Below, piece after piece: positions 28,364 through 37,197 of a stretch of 64,000 nucleotides of DNA. The stretch's first letter is position 1. Each line of letters starts with the position of its first letter. The DNA is from a candidate division FCPU426 bacterium. Its GTDB lineage: Bacteria > Oederibacteriota > JAAXVQ01 > JAUVAV01. The position numbers and the translations under genes were made by a program. Location of the stretch: NCBI GenBank assembly GCA_040756875.1, contig JBFLYH010000002.1, forward strand, positions 222,526-286,525, written 5' to 3'. The notes beneath the pieces were generated by a model. That model was not told where the DNA came from and searched no databases. It saw only the letters and a list, made by a program, of their open reading frames with translations.

Positions 28364-29452
28364 TCAGCCCCGCTTGCCGGCCGAACCGCTGCCCGCGCCG
28401 GCCGTGGCACGCGCACGCGCGGGTTCGGACTCCTCGGCCTGGGGTTTGGCGGGTTCTGCACCCCGGGGCGGCATCAGTTTCTCGCGCAGCGCCTTCTCCA
28501 GCGTCTGCATGATCTCGCGGTTTTCCTTGAGGAAGGCTTTCGCAGCTTCGCGGCCCTGGCCGATGCGCTGGCCCTGGTAGGCAAACCAGGCGCCGCTCTT
28601 TTCGACCAGATTGTGCTCCACGCCCAAATCCAGGATGTCGCCCTCCTTGGAAATGCCCTCGCCGAAGAGAATGTCGAAGTTCGCCAGGCCGAAGGGAGGA
28701 GCGACCTTGTTCTTCACCACCTTGACTTTGACGCGGTTGCCGATCGCCTCATCCCCGCGCTTGAGGGTTTCCGTGCGGCGGATGTCCAGGCGCAGGCTGG
28801 CGTAAAACTTGAGGGCCCGGCCGCCGGGCGTGGTTTCCGGGTTGCCGAACATGACGCCGATTTTCTCGCGCAGCTGGTTGATGAAGATCACCGCGGTGTT
28901 GGAGCGGCTGCTGATGGCGGTCAGCTTGCGCAACGCCTGGGACATCAGGCGCGCCTGCAGGCCCACGTGGGCGTCGCCCATTTCGCCTTCGATTTCAGCG
29001 CGGGGTACCAGCGCGGCCACGGAGTCGATGACGATGATGTCGACCGCGCCGGACCGGACCAGCGTTTCGGCGATATCCAAGGCCTGTTCCCCGGAATCGG
29101 GCTGGGAAATGAGCAGGTTGTCGATGTCCACGCCGATCTTGCGCGCATACTCCGGGTCCAGGGCGTGTTCCGCGTCGATAAAGGCCGCGTTGCCGCCCGC
29201 TTTCTGCAGTTCGGCGATGATGTGCTGGGCCAGGGTGGTTTTGCCGGACGATTCGGGGCCGAAGAGCTCCACGATGCGGCCGCGGGGAATGCCGCCCACG
29301 CCGATCGCGATGTCCAGGGACACCGAGCCCGTGGGAATCGCGGCCACGTCCTGCACCGGCCGCTCGCTGAATTTCATGATCGTACCCTTGCCGAATTGCT
29401 TTTCAATCTGGGAAATGGCCTGTTCCAATGCTTTAAGTTTTTCGTTCGACAT
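28364..29452 (-). CDS. recA: Recombinase RecA
   Basis: [52 protein letters not shown]. Start set at ATG 29452. Confidence 0.99.
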   Translation of the reverse strand: MSNEKLKALEQAISQIEKQFGKGTIMKFSERPVQDVAAIPTGSVSLDIAIGVGGIPRGRIVELFGPESSGKTTLAQHIIAELQKAGGNAAFIDAEHALDPEYARKIGVDIDNLLISQPDSGEQALDIAETLVRSGAVDIIVIDSVAALVPRAEIEGEMGDAHVGLQARLMSQALRKLTAISSRSNTAVIFINQLREKIGVMFGNPETTPGGRALKFYASLRLDIRRTETLKRGDEAIGNRVKVKVVKNKVAPPFGLANFDILFGEGISKEGDILDLGVEHNLVEKSGAWFAYQGQRIGQGREAAKAFLKENREIMQTLEKALREKLMPPRGAEPAKPQAEESEPARARATAGAGSGSAGKRG

Positions 29453-29703
29453 GTTTCGATCCTCCAGAGGTCGGGTTCCGGTATCCATGCGGCTGGGCAA
29501 GGGAAAGGGGGAGAAATGCGCCGGCCGGATTCACAGAAAAACACTTGTATTAAAAGCGTTTTCAGGCGCGATTCTAGCACGGCCCAGAACCGGTGTCAAG
29601 GTCTTTCCCCCCGCGACTGCGGTCTAGCCGCATGGCAGCCGGGTTTGATATAATGCTTTGACCGTCTGATCCGGAATTTCATGCATCCAAAGGAGACCGC
29701 ATC

Positions 29704-30252
29704 ATGGCCATGACCAAAGCCGCAGGCCTCATCAATACCCGCAACCTTCTGCGCGCTAAAGGCGCGGGCGTGGAGCAGGCCATGCTGGCCCAACTGACGC
29801 CTCAGGAAGTGCGAATTTATCAGGACGCGCTCCCGGTCACCCAGCTGCCCATTGAACTGCTGTCCAAAGTGGCCGTGCTGTCCGCGCCTCTGCTCTTCCC
29901 TGGCCAGGGCCGCCTGGAAGCCCTGCTGTCCCTCGGCCGCGTCAGCGCCCTGAGCGACCTGAAGGGCATCTACAAGATTTTACTGAGGTTTACCACGCCG
30001 GAATTCGCCATGAAACAGGCTGCCCGCCTGTGGACGACCCTGCACACCCAGGGCGAAGCGCGTTGTTTTTCGGACGGCGAGAAACGCATCGTGTTCGAGG
30101 TGATGGGTTATCCGGACTTGCCGGAGCCGATGCGGCAGGTGCTGGGAGGATACATACTCGGCATGGCGGAACTGACCGGCATTCGCAACGCGCGGATCGC
30201 GCTGCAGGAGGAGAACCCCCGGGTGTGGCGTTGGGTCGTGACCTGGGGCTGA
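29704..30252 (+). CDS. Hypothetical protein (possibly DUF2378/V4R-like)
   Basis: 182-aa ORF with AAGGAG RBS and host-like codons; the family guess rests on overall pattern only. Confidence 0.7.
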   Translation: MAMTKAAGLINTRNLLRAKGAGVEQAMLAQLTPQEVRIYQDALPVTQLPIELLSKVAVLSAPLLFPGQGRLEALLSLGRVSALSDLKGIYKILLRFTTPEFAMKQAARLWTTLHTQGEARCFSDGEKRIVFEVMGYPDLPEPMRQVLGGYILGMAELTGIRNARIALQEENPRVWRWVVTWG

Positions 30253-30256
30253 TCGT

Positions 30257-30640
30257 TCATGCTTTCGCGTCGAGCATCCGGTCCGCCTCCTCCAGGGTGG
30301 CGGCGACTTCCTGCGAGGCGGTGTAACCCGCCTCCTTGCCCTTCCGCTCGAACTGCATCCGGCTCAAAATGTTGCGCGCTTCCACAACCCGGATCACGCG
30401 GCCCACGCCCTGTTGCTGCAGGAAGCTCTGGGCCCGCTGGATATGGGCGGTCCCTTCTTCGCTGAACGGCTGGGCCTTGGAGATATCGTTGACCACGCTG
30501 AAGCCGGGTTTCATTTTGCGGGCCTGGACGATGACTTCATCAGCCGCGGATTTGGCTTCGGCTTCGCTGAAGAATCCCTCCAAAATCAGATACAGCCGGT
30601 TTTTCGCCTGATCCACCTTGACCGAATATTTTGCGCCCAT
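30257..30640 (-). CDS. Small hypothetical protein (possibly STAS/SpoIIAA-like alpha/beta fold)
   Basis: 127-aa ORF with GGAGG upstream, a TATACT upstream and host-like codons; converges on 29704..30252. Confidence 0.7.
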   Translation of the reverse strand: MGAKYSVKVDQAKNRLYLILEGFFSEAEAKSAADEVIVQARKMKPGFSVVNDISKAQPFSEEGTAHIQRAQSFLQQQGVGRVIRVVEARNILSRMQFERKGKEAGYTASQEVAATLEEADRMLDAKA

Positions 30641-30756
30641 GACCTGGCCCGCCTCCGTCCTGTCGAATGGAAAGTGGTAACGACTGACTTTACAAAGTAA
30701 AAGTATACTCTAAAAATCCCGCTTTTCCAGAAATTCGGGGAATAAAGACGTTTTTC

Positions 30757-30845
30757 TTACAGGTAGGAATCCTGCTGGGCGAGATAATTTTTAACGTAAT
30801 CCTCCACGCCCGCTTCCAGGGTGTGGAACGGGCGGTCGTAGCCCG
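30757..30845 (-). pseudogene. Displaced 3' end of hldD (28 codons plus stop) including the 20-bp repeat core
   Basis: Translates GYDRPFHTLEAGVEDYVKNYLAQQDSYL*, versus GYDRPFTSLEDGIQDYVRNYLQKDDPHL* at the end of the intact gene. Confidence 0.85.
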
Positions 30846-30864
30846 TGCAAAGGGTAGGTTTTCG

Positions 30865-33800
30865 TCAGAAGTTTCCTCTTCCCGAGGGTACATCGGGATT
30901 GCTGCGGCTCACATCGTAGCCTTTAAAGCGCCCCAGCCCGGCAGGGAGATTAAAGACCCGCCCGTTTTCCCGGACCAGCAACCGGTCTCCCATGCGGGTG
31001 ATATTCTGAACCCCCAAGGCGCCTTTCAGCATCTCCTGCCCGAGTGCCTGGCCGGCGCTCGGGCGAAAGCCCGGATGCTGAAACCCCGTTTTTCCCGACG
31101 CACCGACAGAAAACGCCGACCCAATGGGATAATGCATGCTCAACCAGGCTGCCCGTACGGTCAGCAGCGCTCCCGCCGTTTGCCCCCCGGCAGCTGCGAT
31201 GAGGTCGGTTTCCAGCGAGCCGTAGCCTGTGGCCGACGCTTTCCGGGAGGCGTATACCGCCACGGCCGAAAGGACATTGCTGTTGATCATGCTCCAGGTC
31301 TTCAAAACCATTTCCGCTTCGTAGCGGGATAACACGTCCGGCGCAGGCCGCATATAGTATTCCAGAACGTCCGGCGAGGGTCCCAGATAAATCCCTTCCT
31401 GCGATTCGGAAACCGTCCCAGGATCAGGTCCCGAAGAAACCACTGGCTGCGGGGGCCCCTCCAGGCTGCCGGCGAAGCCGTACCCACAGGACGCGTCGTC
31501 ATAACTCATGCCGCCGTTCTGTTTATATATTTTATCCACGAGGTTCGCCCACAGAAGGTAATCCAAAACCATCATGATGGCGTCATACCCGCTCAAATAA
31601 ACCGGCGCCAGGGCGGGATCGACCGCCTCTCCCGCCTGGGCGTCCCCGATTTCTTCCGTGGGAGCCAAGCCGGTGGCATCTAAATAAGCGGCCGGATTGT
31701 TATTGGCATAGGTATATAAATTCAAGCCGGCCTTGACCCCGGCCGGGTCCCGCTGCAGAAACCGTCCCAGCGAAGACGAATAGCTGCGCGTCCGGGAATG
31801 GTAAAGCGGTACGCCCGGTGTGTGCCACATGCCGGCGAACCCCGCGTTAAAGGGGCTGGCCTCCCATTCGCCGCCTTCGGGCGCCCCAAAGGGACGATAG
31901 GTGGGCGAGCAGCGAATGCCACCCGTCCGGTCCGACAGTACGCGCAACGAATTCAGGCGGTCATGGGTCAGCCAATAAGGTTCGTCGCCGTCCCATGCTT
32001 GCACGATGATCGCCGGCCCGTTTCCAGCGACAAATTCCTTCCATCGCCCTCCCTGCCATTCGGCCATCGGCAACTGCTCGCCGTGGAATCGGAACCATGC
32101 CTCGTTGCTTACTTCGGCCACGACGCGCCCCAGGGCGTCGCGGTAATAGGCTGCCTGCCGCGCGTTGGTGTCGGAGCGAAAGACCTCCTGCAGGCTCCCG
32201 TCCGAATCATAGGTGTAGCGGTAGTCCTGGTCCTGTCTCAGGCTGCCGTTCCGGTCATACAACCAGGGCCGGCCAGCCACCAACTGATACTGGTTCAGTT
32301 CATTCGGCACGCTCGTGTACTCCGGCAGGCCGGGTTCCCGCGTGGCCAGGCGGTTGCCCATCTCGTCGTAATCGAAAACTGCGTCAGCCGGCAGCGCGTA
32401 GGTCCCTAGAAAAGCATCGACGACCTGCTGACCCGCCGCGTCATCCGGTTCAACGGGCGCTCCGGGTGGCGAAATCGCCGGAATCTTTTCAAACCACTCG
32501 AGCGGGCCATCCTGATAATGCGCCAAACGATAGAGGGAATCGAGGGCATAGGTCCTGGTCCGCGCTTCTGAGGGAGCCAGGCAGCTTTCACGCCTGACGA
32601 ATCCGGCCGGATCGCGTAAAACCTGGTTGCGCCACAGCACGTTTTGGTCGCGGTCGCTCAAGGACCGCTCGGTGCTCAGACCGCGGCCGTCGTAAGCCAG
32701 GTTCAGGGCCAGGCCGTTTCCGTAGTGAGCCGAAAGCAGTCGCTCTCCGACATAGCGATAGGTCGCGATGTCGCCTCCTCCCGTAGGGTCTGTAACGGCG
32801 GTCACGCGCCCCAACCGGTCATACCGATAACCGACCCTTCGCCCGGATGGATAAATAACCGTTTCCTTTTTCCGGTTCAGACCGTACGACCAAGTCAGGG
32901 TTTGCGGAGGTGGAACGCCGGCCAGGGATTGCAGAGTGACTTTTTCCCACAACGGCAACCCCCCCGAATCCCGGGCGATCGCCACCTGGCAGTACTCGTT
33001 CGCGTGCGTCGTCAAATGGCCGGCCGCGTCGTAGGCGAATGACGCCTTGCGCGAGGCCAGCATAGAGGCGCGGTCGGCCGGTAAAACGGCGGACTCGTCC
33101 ACCGTCACAGCCACCATACGGTTGAGCGGATCGTACTGCCGCCGGAACACCCTTCCGCTCCGGTCCGTGAGGGAAACGACGTTCCCGGCCGGGTCATAGC
33201 GCAGCCGCTGCCGGGGTTCCGCTGAACCGATGGCATACCACGACTCGACCTCCCGGTTCAGCGCATCGTACTTGAACTCGGTCCGCCGCCCGGCAGGGTC
33301 AACGATGGCCGTGGTGTTGCCGTTGGCGTCGTATTCGTATTGCGTAAGGCAGTCTGCGATCAGCGGGGCGCCGCCCAGGCCGGTGCTGGTCATCTCCTGC
33401 GTTTGTTTTATCACCTGGCCGAAAGCGTTGTGTTCCCAGCGCGTAATATTGCCCAGGGGATCCCGGGTCATGACCCGGTTTCCCAGCGAATCATAGGCGT
33501 GCTCCCAGCAATTCCCAAATGCATCGACGTGCCGTATTTCACGGTTAAAGTCATCATAAGCAGATAGCATCAAGAAGACCTCGTGCCGGACAACCTCCCC
33601 GGTCCCGGGATTCCGGACCGGCTCGAAAGTATAGACTCGGACCGCGTTTCCACTCCCGTCAAAAACCCGAAAAAGACGATTGCCCACTTCGTCCGTCTCC
33701 TCCACCGGACGCCCCTGGCCGTCCAATCGCCGCGACCGGCACCCGCCGCCTGGTTGCACCACCCCCCATTCCCTTCCCAGCGCATCCAGATGATGCTCGA

Positions 33801-36800
33801 CGATCGCCCGGGTCACCCGGCCCTGGGCTTGGGCCGCAAAAAAAACCTCGTCCACCTGCTCGGGATCCGTCGGCACCGGCGATAATATCGGCTCAGAAAA
33901 AACGGCCTCCGCCTGCCGAATCAGCGAGCCATGCTCGTCGTACTCTTTTTCCAGGCGCGAAAGCAGTTCGTACTGCCCGTCCGGCCGTTGTTGCACTCTT
34001 CTCAAGATCAAGGGATTATCCATTTGATCGTAATCGATGACGCTCAAATGGCCTGCCGCGTCAGTCTGAACCAGCGGCCGGCCCCAGGCATCCACTGAAA
34101 AGCAAAACTGATCCCCTTGCCAAAAGCCGTGATAGTGGTAAAAACCCCGGGGTCCCTGCGTGAACCTCACATTCCCAGCTTCGTCGTAAAAAAACCGGTC
34201 CACGGAGCGGTCAGGCGAGCAGGCGGCCTGTGTCGTGCGCACCAGGCGGCGCAGGGGATCGTAATCCCGGTAGGTCAGCGCCCCGCGCGCATCGCGGGTT
34301 TTGCACAGCAGGTCTTCATCGTTATAATATTTGCGCTGGGTGCGCATGGGACCGCCAGCCTCCGGCCCCCGGCGTTCGACGGTCAGGTTGCCGCCTGAGT
34401 CATACTCCCTTTCCAGGCGCACAGCCTGGCTAGCGCGCAGGATGCCGGTTTCATCGCGCCACTCCTGCCGCTCCAGCAGCAGGCGTCCCTTGGGATCGTA
34501 GGCAAACTCAGACAGCAAGGGGCCGGGCGCCCCCATTCGTGCCTGCCGGATCTTGAAGCCCAAGGGATTGAACACATACTGCGTTTCCCGCCCACGGGCG
34601 TCGGTTTGCCTGACCACGCGGCCGAGTGGGTCCGCTTCCTCTTCCACGGTGGCCTGGCTGCGGATCCGGCCCACGGCCAGGGCCTGTCCGAGCATATCCC
34701 GCAGCTCCACCCGATGCGCGCCGCGCTCCAACCCGTCGATGATGTATTCCGCGTCCTGGGCCTGGTTCCACCCCGGCGTTCGGACCTGCCCGTCCACTTT
34801 GATTTCCACTTCCGGATGATCCGCCCGCCGTTCATCCATGCCGCAGGTCTGATAGAGGGTTATCCGCGTTCCCTCCACGTCCACTGCCACGCCGTCACCC
34901 GCCGCCCCTCCGGACAGCCACCCGGACTCCGTCGCCTGCCAAGTCCCGTATTTTCGGATTTCCAAAACATCGGGCGTTTTTCCGTCCAATTTCCAGTCCG
35001 CCTGGGGGACGAATCGGCGCCGGACAAACCCCGCCCGAGCGGCGTCGGTTTCCGCGTAGTACTCGGTGAGCCATTCGAACCCGTTCATGTCCACCCGCCT
35101 GACTTCCCTCAATTTCCCGTCGCAGTCTGCATAGTGGAAGGTTTCCCGCAGGTTGGTCAGCACAGCTTGGCCCAGGGCCGACGAAGGGCGGGTCCGATCC
35201 GGCAGACGCCGCTCCAGCAACTGCCCCTGGCTGCCATACTCAAAACAGCTGAGATGCCTTTGGTGGGCTTGGTAGTGGGGATGATTCGGATCGAAGCCCG
35301 GTGCGCCGGGATCGAGCGACTCGGCATGCAGCGGATCCGCCGACCGGGTGTGCCGAGGGTCGGAGCGGCTGAGCAGAAGCTGCCTTTCCGGCTCAAAGCG
35401 GCTCTTAATCACGCGGTCCCGGGGCGATGAAGTCGTTTTGACCGGCGGCAGTTGCCGCCACCAGGTTTGAATGCCCAGCCCCGCCGGCAACAGGCGTTCC
35501 GCGCGAGCCACTTCGGCGAGCAAATTTCCAAAACTCATTCGGTCTTGCTTGGTCAGCCCGGCCAGGACGAAAGGCATTTCAGGCCAAGCGGAGAAGTCCG
35601 CCAGATGGTCGCGTCCGTACAAATACTGCCGCACGGCGCCGTCCGGGCCGAGCCGGGCGACCAGCGCTCCATCGGGATTGAAGCGGTTGCAGGTGACAGC
35701 TTCGTGCATCCCGCATCCGGCTGCATATTTTTCTCGCCGATGCAACTCGTTGCCGTATTCATTCAAGTAATGGGAGACGACATGCCCGCTCCGCCTGCGC
35801 TCGCGCACCAGCAACACGGCCTGATCCGCGAGCGCTTCAGTCTCCGGCTGGTCATCAAGCCACTCATAGTCCAACTCCATTTCGCCCTGGTTTTCCCGCT
35901 GCCGGATCACATAGCCGAAGAATTCCGAAAGTGCGTTGGTTTCGTACTGGTTCTCGGCTGTGATCCGCCCCTGCCAATCCACGATCCTGGCGAGCTTGAG
36001 CCCCTGCCCCACGCAGTCATACTCGTATTTTTCCAGGATCTCCGCGAAGCCGCCTGCCTGCGCCGGGCCGGCCACCGAGGATAAATGGCCCCAATCGTCA
36101 TAGGCGTAGCCGATGAAACGGCCGGTATGATCGCTCAACCGGACCAGCCTGCCCTCCTGGTCGTAATCGAAATTCACATGCCGGCCGGGGGAATTCACAT
36201 CCACGCGCTTCAACCGGTCATCGTCCGAATAGTAGAACTCTAAGCAATGGCCGTAGGGGTTCAGGATGCGGCGGATGCGGTGCTGGCCCAGCTGGCCGGT
36301 CGGTTGGAACTCGTATTTCAAGCCGCCGGTTTTTTCCAGAACGTAGGACGGGCCGAGAGGGGTGGCACAGGGAACCAGGACGTCATGCACGCCGTTGGGC
36401 GGCGCAAAGTAATTGTACGCCCCTGCGCTCAACCCCGAATCGAAATCAGGATGCCGCGCGAACAGAGTGGATTTGAGCTCGCCGGTCAGGACCTCGACGA
36501 GATATTCATTTTCCTCGCGAAGCCGAAGGTTGTAGTTATGGTCCCATTGCGGGCCAAGCGGGCCGTAATACAGCGTGCGGCTGCGATACGTGCGCCGGAA
36601 GGCAAAATCCATCCCGGCGCCGTTCACTGTGAAATCCGTATGTTGACTGAAGAATTCGCCGCGGTGGAGGGTAATGGGGTGCCCGGTGGTTTCGGCGTTC
36701 TGCTCGCCCGCCGGACTGTTGAGAATTCCCAACCCCTTCAGGCAAAACCGGACCAGGGAGACGATGTCCGTTGCCCGGTCAGCCTGGAGATAGTCGTTGA

Positions 36801-37155
36801 TCAGGCCAAGTTGTGTGGGGGATAGATCCATCCGCTCCTTGATCTTCTCGAGGAGCAATTCCGTCCAGGAGTCCGCCTCCGGCAGCAACCTGCTTCCATC
36901 CGGCCCTAGAACGGCCAGCAGCATGCCCAGGGGGTCCCGGCTGGCGCGGTTTAAAAACTCCGCCTGCTTGAGCGACTCGCGGGCCAGGGTGGCGGGAAAC
37001 ACGTTTTGGCCGAAAACCGTGTCAGCCACGCCCTGCACAAAGACGAAGCGGGCAAGGGCCTTCGTCAATCCGCCGCTGCTCAAGCCATTGAGTATCCCCG
37101 AAACCTTGTAAGCCACGAACGTCAAACCGGCCAGGCCGGCTAGCACGGGAAGCAT
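30865..37155 (-). CDS. Rhs/YD-repeat protein with DUF6531-like N-domain, Rhs core and a 266-aa C-terminal domain of unknown function
   Basis: GHPITLHRGEF...FRRTYRSR...GPQWDHNY; many YD repeats (YEYDANGN, YDALNR, YDPAGN); core RSYSSSLGRFLQRDPAG...NLYTYANNNPAAYLDATGL. Confidence 0.92.
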   Translation of the reverse strand: MLPVLAGLAGLTFVAYKVSGILNGLSSGGLTKALARFVFVQGVADTVFGQNVFPATLARESLKQAEFLNRASRDPLGMLLAVLGPDGSRLLPEADSWTELLLEKIKERMDLSPTQLGLINDYLQADRATDIVSLVRFCLKGLGILNSPAGEQNAETTGHPITLHRGEFFSQHTDFTVNGAGMDFAFRRTYRSRTLYYGPLGPQWDHNYNLRLREENEYLVEVLTGELKSTLFARHPDFDSGLSAGAYNYFAPPNGVHDVLVPCATPLGPSYVLEKTGGLKYEFQPTGQLGQHRIRRILNPYGHCLEFYYSDDDRLKRVDVNSPGRHVNFDYDQEGRLVRLSDHTGRFIGYAYDDWGHLSSVAGPAQAGGFAEILEKYEYDCVGQGLKLARIVDWQGRITAENQYETNALSEFFGYVIRQRENQGEMELDYEWLDDQPETEALADQAVLLVRERRRSGHVVSHYLNEYGNELHRREKYAAGCGMHEAVTCNRFNPDGALVARLGPDGAVRQYLYGRDHLADFSAWPEMPFVLAGLTKQDRMSFGNLLAEVARAERLLPAGLGIQTWWRQLPPVKTTSSPRDRVIKSRFEPERQLLLSRSDPRHTRSADPLHAESLDPGAPGFDPNHPHYQAHQRHLSCFEYGSQGQLLERRLPDRTRPSSALGQAVLTNLRETFHYADCDGKLREVRRVDMNGFEWLTEYYAETDAARAGFVRRRFVPQADWKLDGKTPDVLEIRKYGTWQATESGWLSGGAAGDGVAVDVEGTRITLYQTCGMDERRADHPEVEIKVDGQVRTPGWNQAQDAEYIIDGLERGAHRVELRDMLGQALAVGRIRSQATVEEEADPLGRVVRQTDARGRETQYVFNPLGFKIRQARMGAPGPLLSEFAYDPKGRLLLERQEWRDETGILRASQAVRLEREYDSGGNLTVERRGPEAGGPMRTQRKYYNDEDLLCKTRDARGALTYRDYDPLRRLVRTTQAACSPDRSVDRFFYDEAGNVRFTQGPRGFYHYHGFWQGDQFCFSVDAWGRPLVQTDAAGHLSVIDYDQMDNPLILRRVQQRPDGQYELLSRLEKEYDEHGSLIRQAEAVFSEPILSPVPTDPEQVDEVFFAAQAQGRVTRAIVEHHLDALGREWGVVQPGGGCRSRRLDGQGRPVEETDEVGNRLFRVFDGSGNAVRVYTFEPVRNPGTGEVVRHEVFLMLSAYDDFNREIRHVDAFGNCWEHAYDSLGNRVMTRDPLGNITRWEHNAFGQVIKQTQEMTSTGLGGAPLIADCLTQYEYDANGNTTAIVDPAGRRTEFKYDALNREVESWYAIGSAEPRQRLRYDPAGNVVSLTDRSGRVFRRQYDPLNRMVAVTVDESAVLPADRASMLASRKASFAYDAAGHLTTHANEYCQVAIARDSGGLPLWEKVTLQSLAGVPPPQTLTWSYGLNRKKETVIYPSGRRVGYRYDRLGRVTAVTDPTGGGDIATYRYVGERLLSAHYGNGLALNLAYDGRGLSTERSLSDRDQNVLWRNQVLRDPAGFVRRESCLAPSEARTRTYALDSLYRLAHYQDGPLEWFEKIPAISPPGAPVEPDDAAGQQVVDAFLGTYALPADAVFDYDEMGNRLATREPGLPEYTSVPNELNQYQLVAGRPWLYDRNGSLRQDQDYRYTYDSDGSLQEVFRSDTNARQAAYYRDALGRVVAEVSNEAWFRFHGEQLPMAEWQGGRWKEFVAGNGPAIIVQAWDGDEPYWLTHDRLNSLRVLSDRTGGIRCSPTYRPFGAPEGGEWEASPFNAGFAGMWHTPGVPLYHSRTRSYSSSLGRFLQRDPAGVKAGLNLYTYANNNPAAYLDATGLAPTEEIGDAQAGEAVDPALAPVYLSGYDAIMMVLDYLLWANLVDKIYKQNGGMSYDDASCGYGFAGSLEGPPQPVVSSGPDPGTVSESQEGIYLGPSPDVLEYYMRPAPDVLSRYEAEMVLKTWSMINSNVLSAVAVYASRKASATGYGSLETDLIAAAGGQTAGALLTVRAAWLSMHYPIGSAFSVGASGKTGFQHPGFRPSAGQALGQEMLKGALGVQNITRMGDRLLVRENGRVFNLPAGLGRFKGYDVSRSNPDVPSGRGNF

Positions 37156-37197
37156 GGGCTGTCACCTCTCCCAATGGGTGCGGAACCGTTTTTCCGC

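Noticed and set aside
29537-29563. Imperfect palindrome GAAAAACAC...GCGTTTTC upstream of recA as a LexA box
   Set aside because: It does not match a LexA consensus I can name, and a single instance is insufficient.
30257-30640. Small gene downstream of the Rhs gene as its immunity protein
   Set aside because: It lies outside the boundary repeat, beyond the displaced hldD tail, over 200 bp away, with its own RBS, an upstream TATACT and host-like codons. Not formally excluded.
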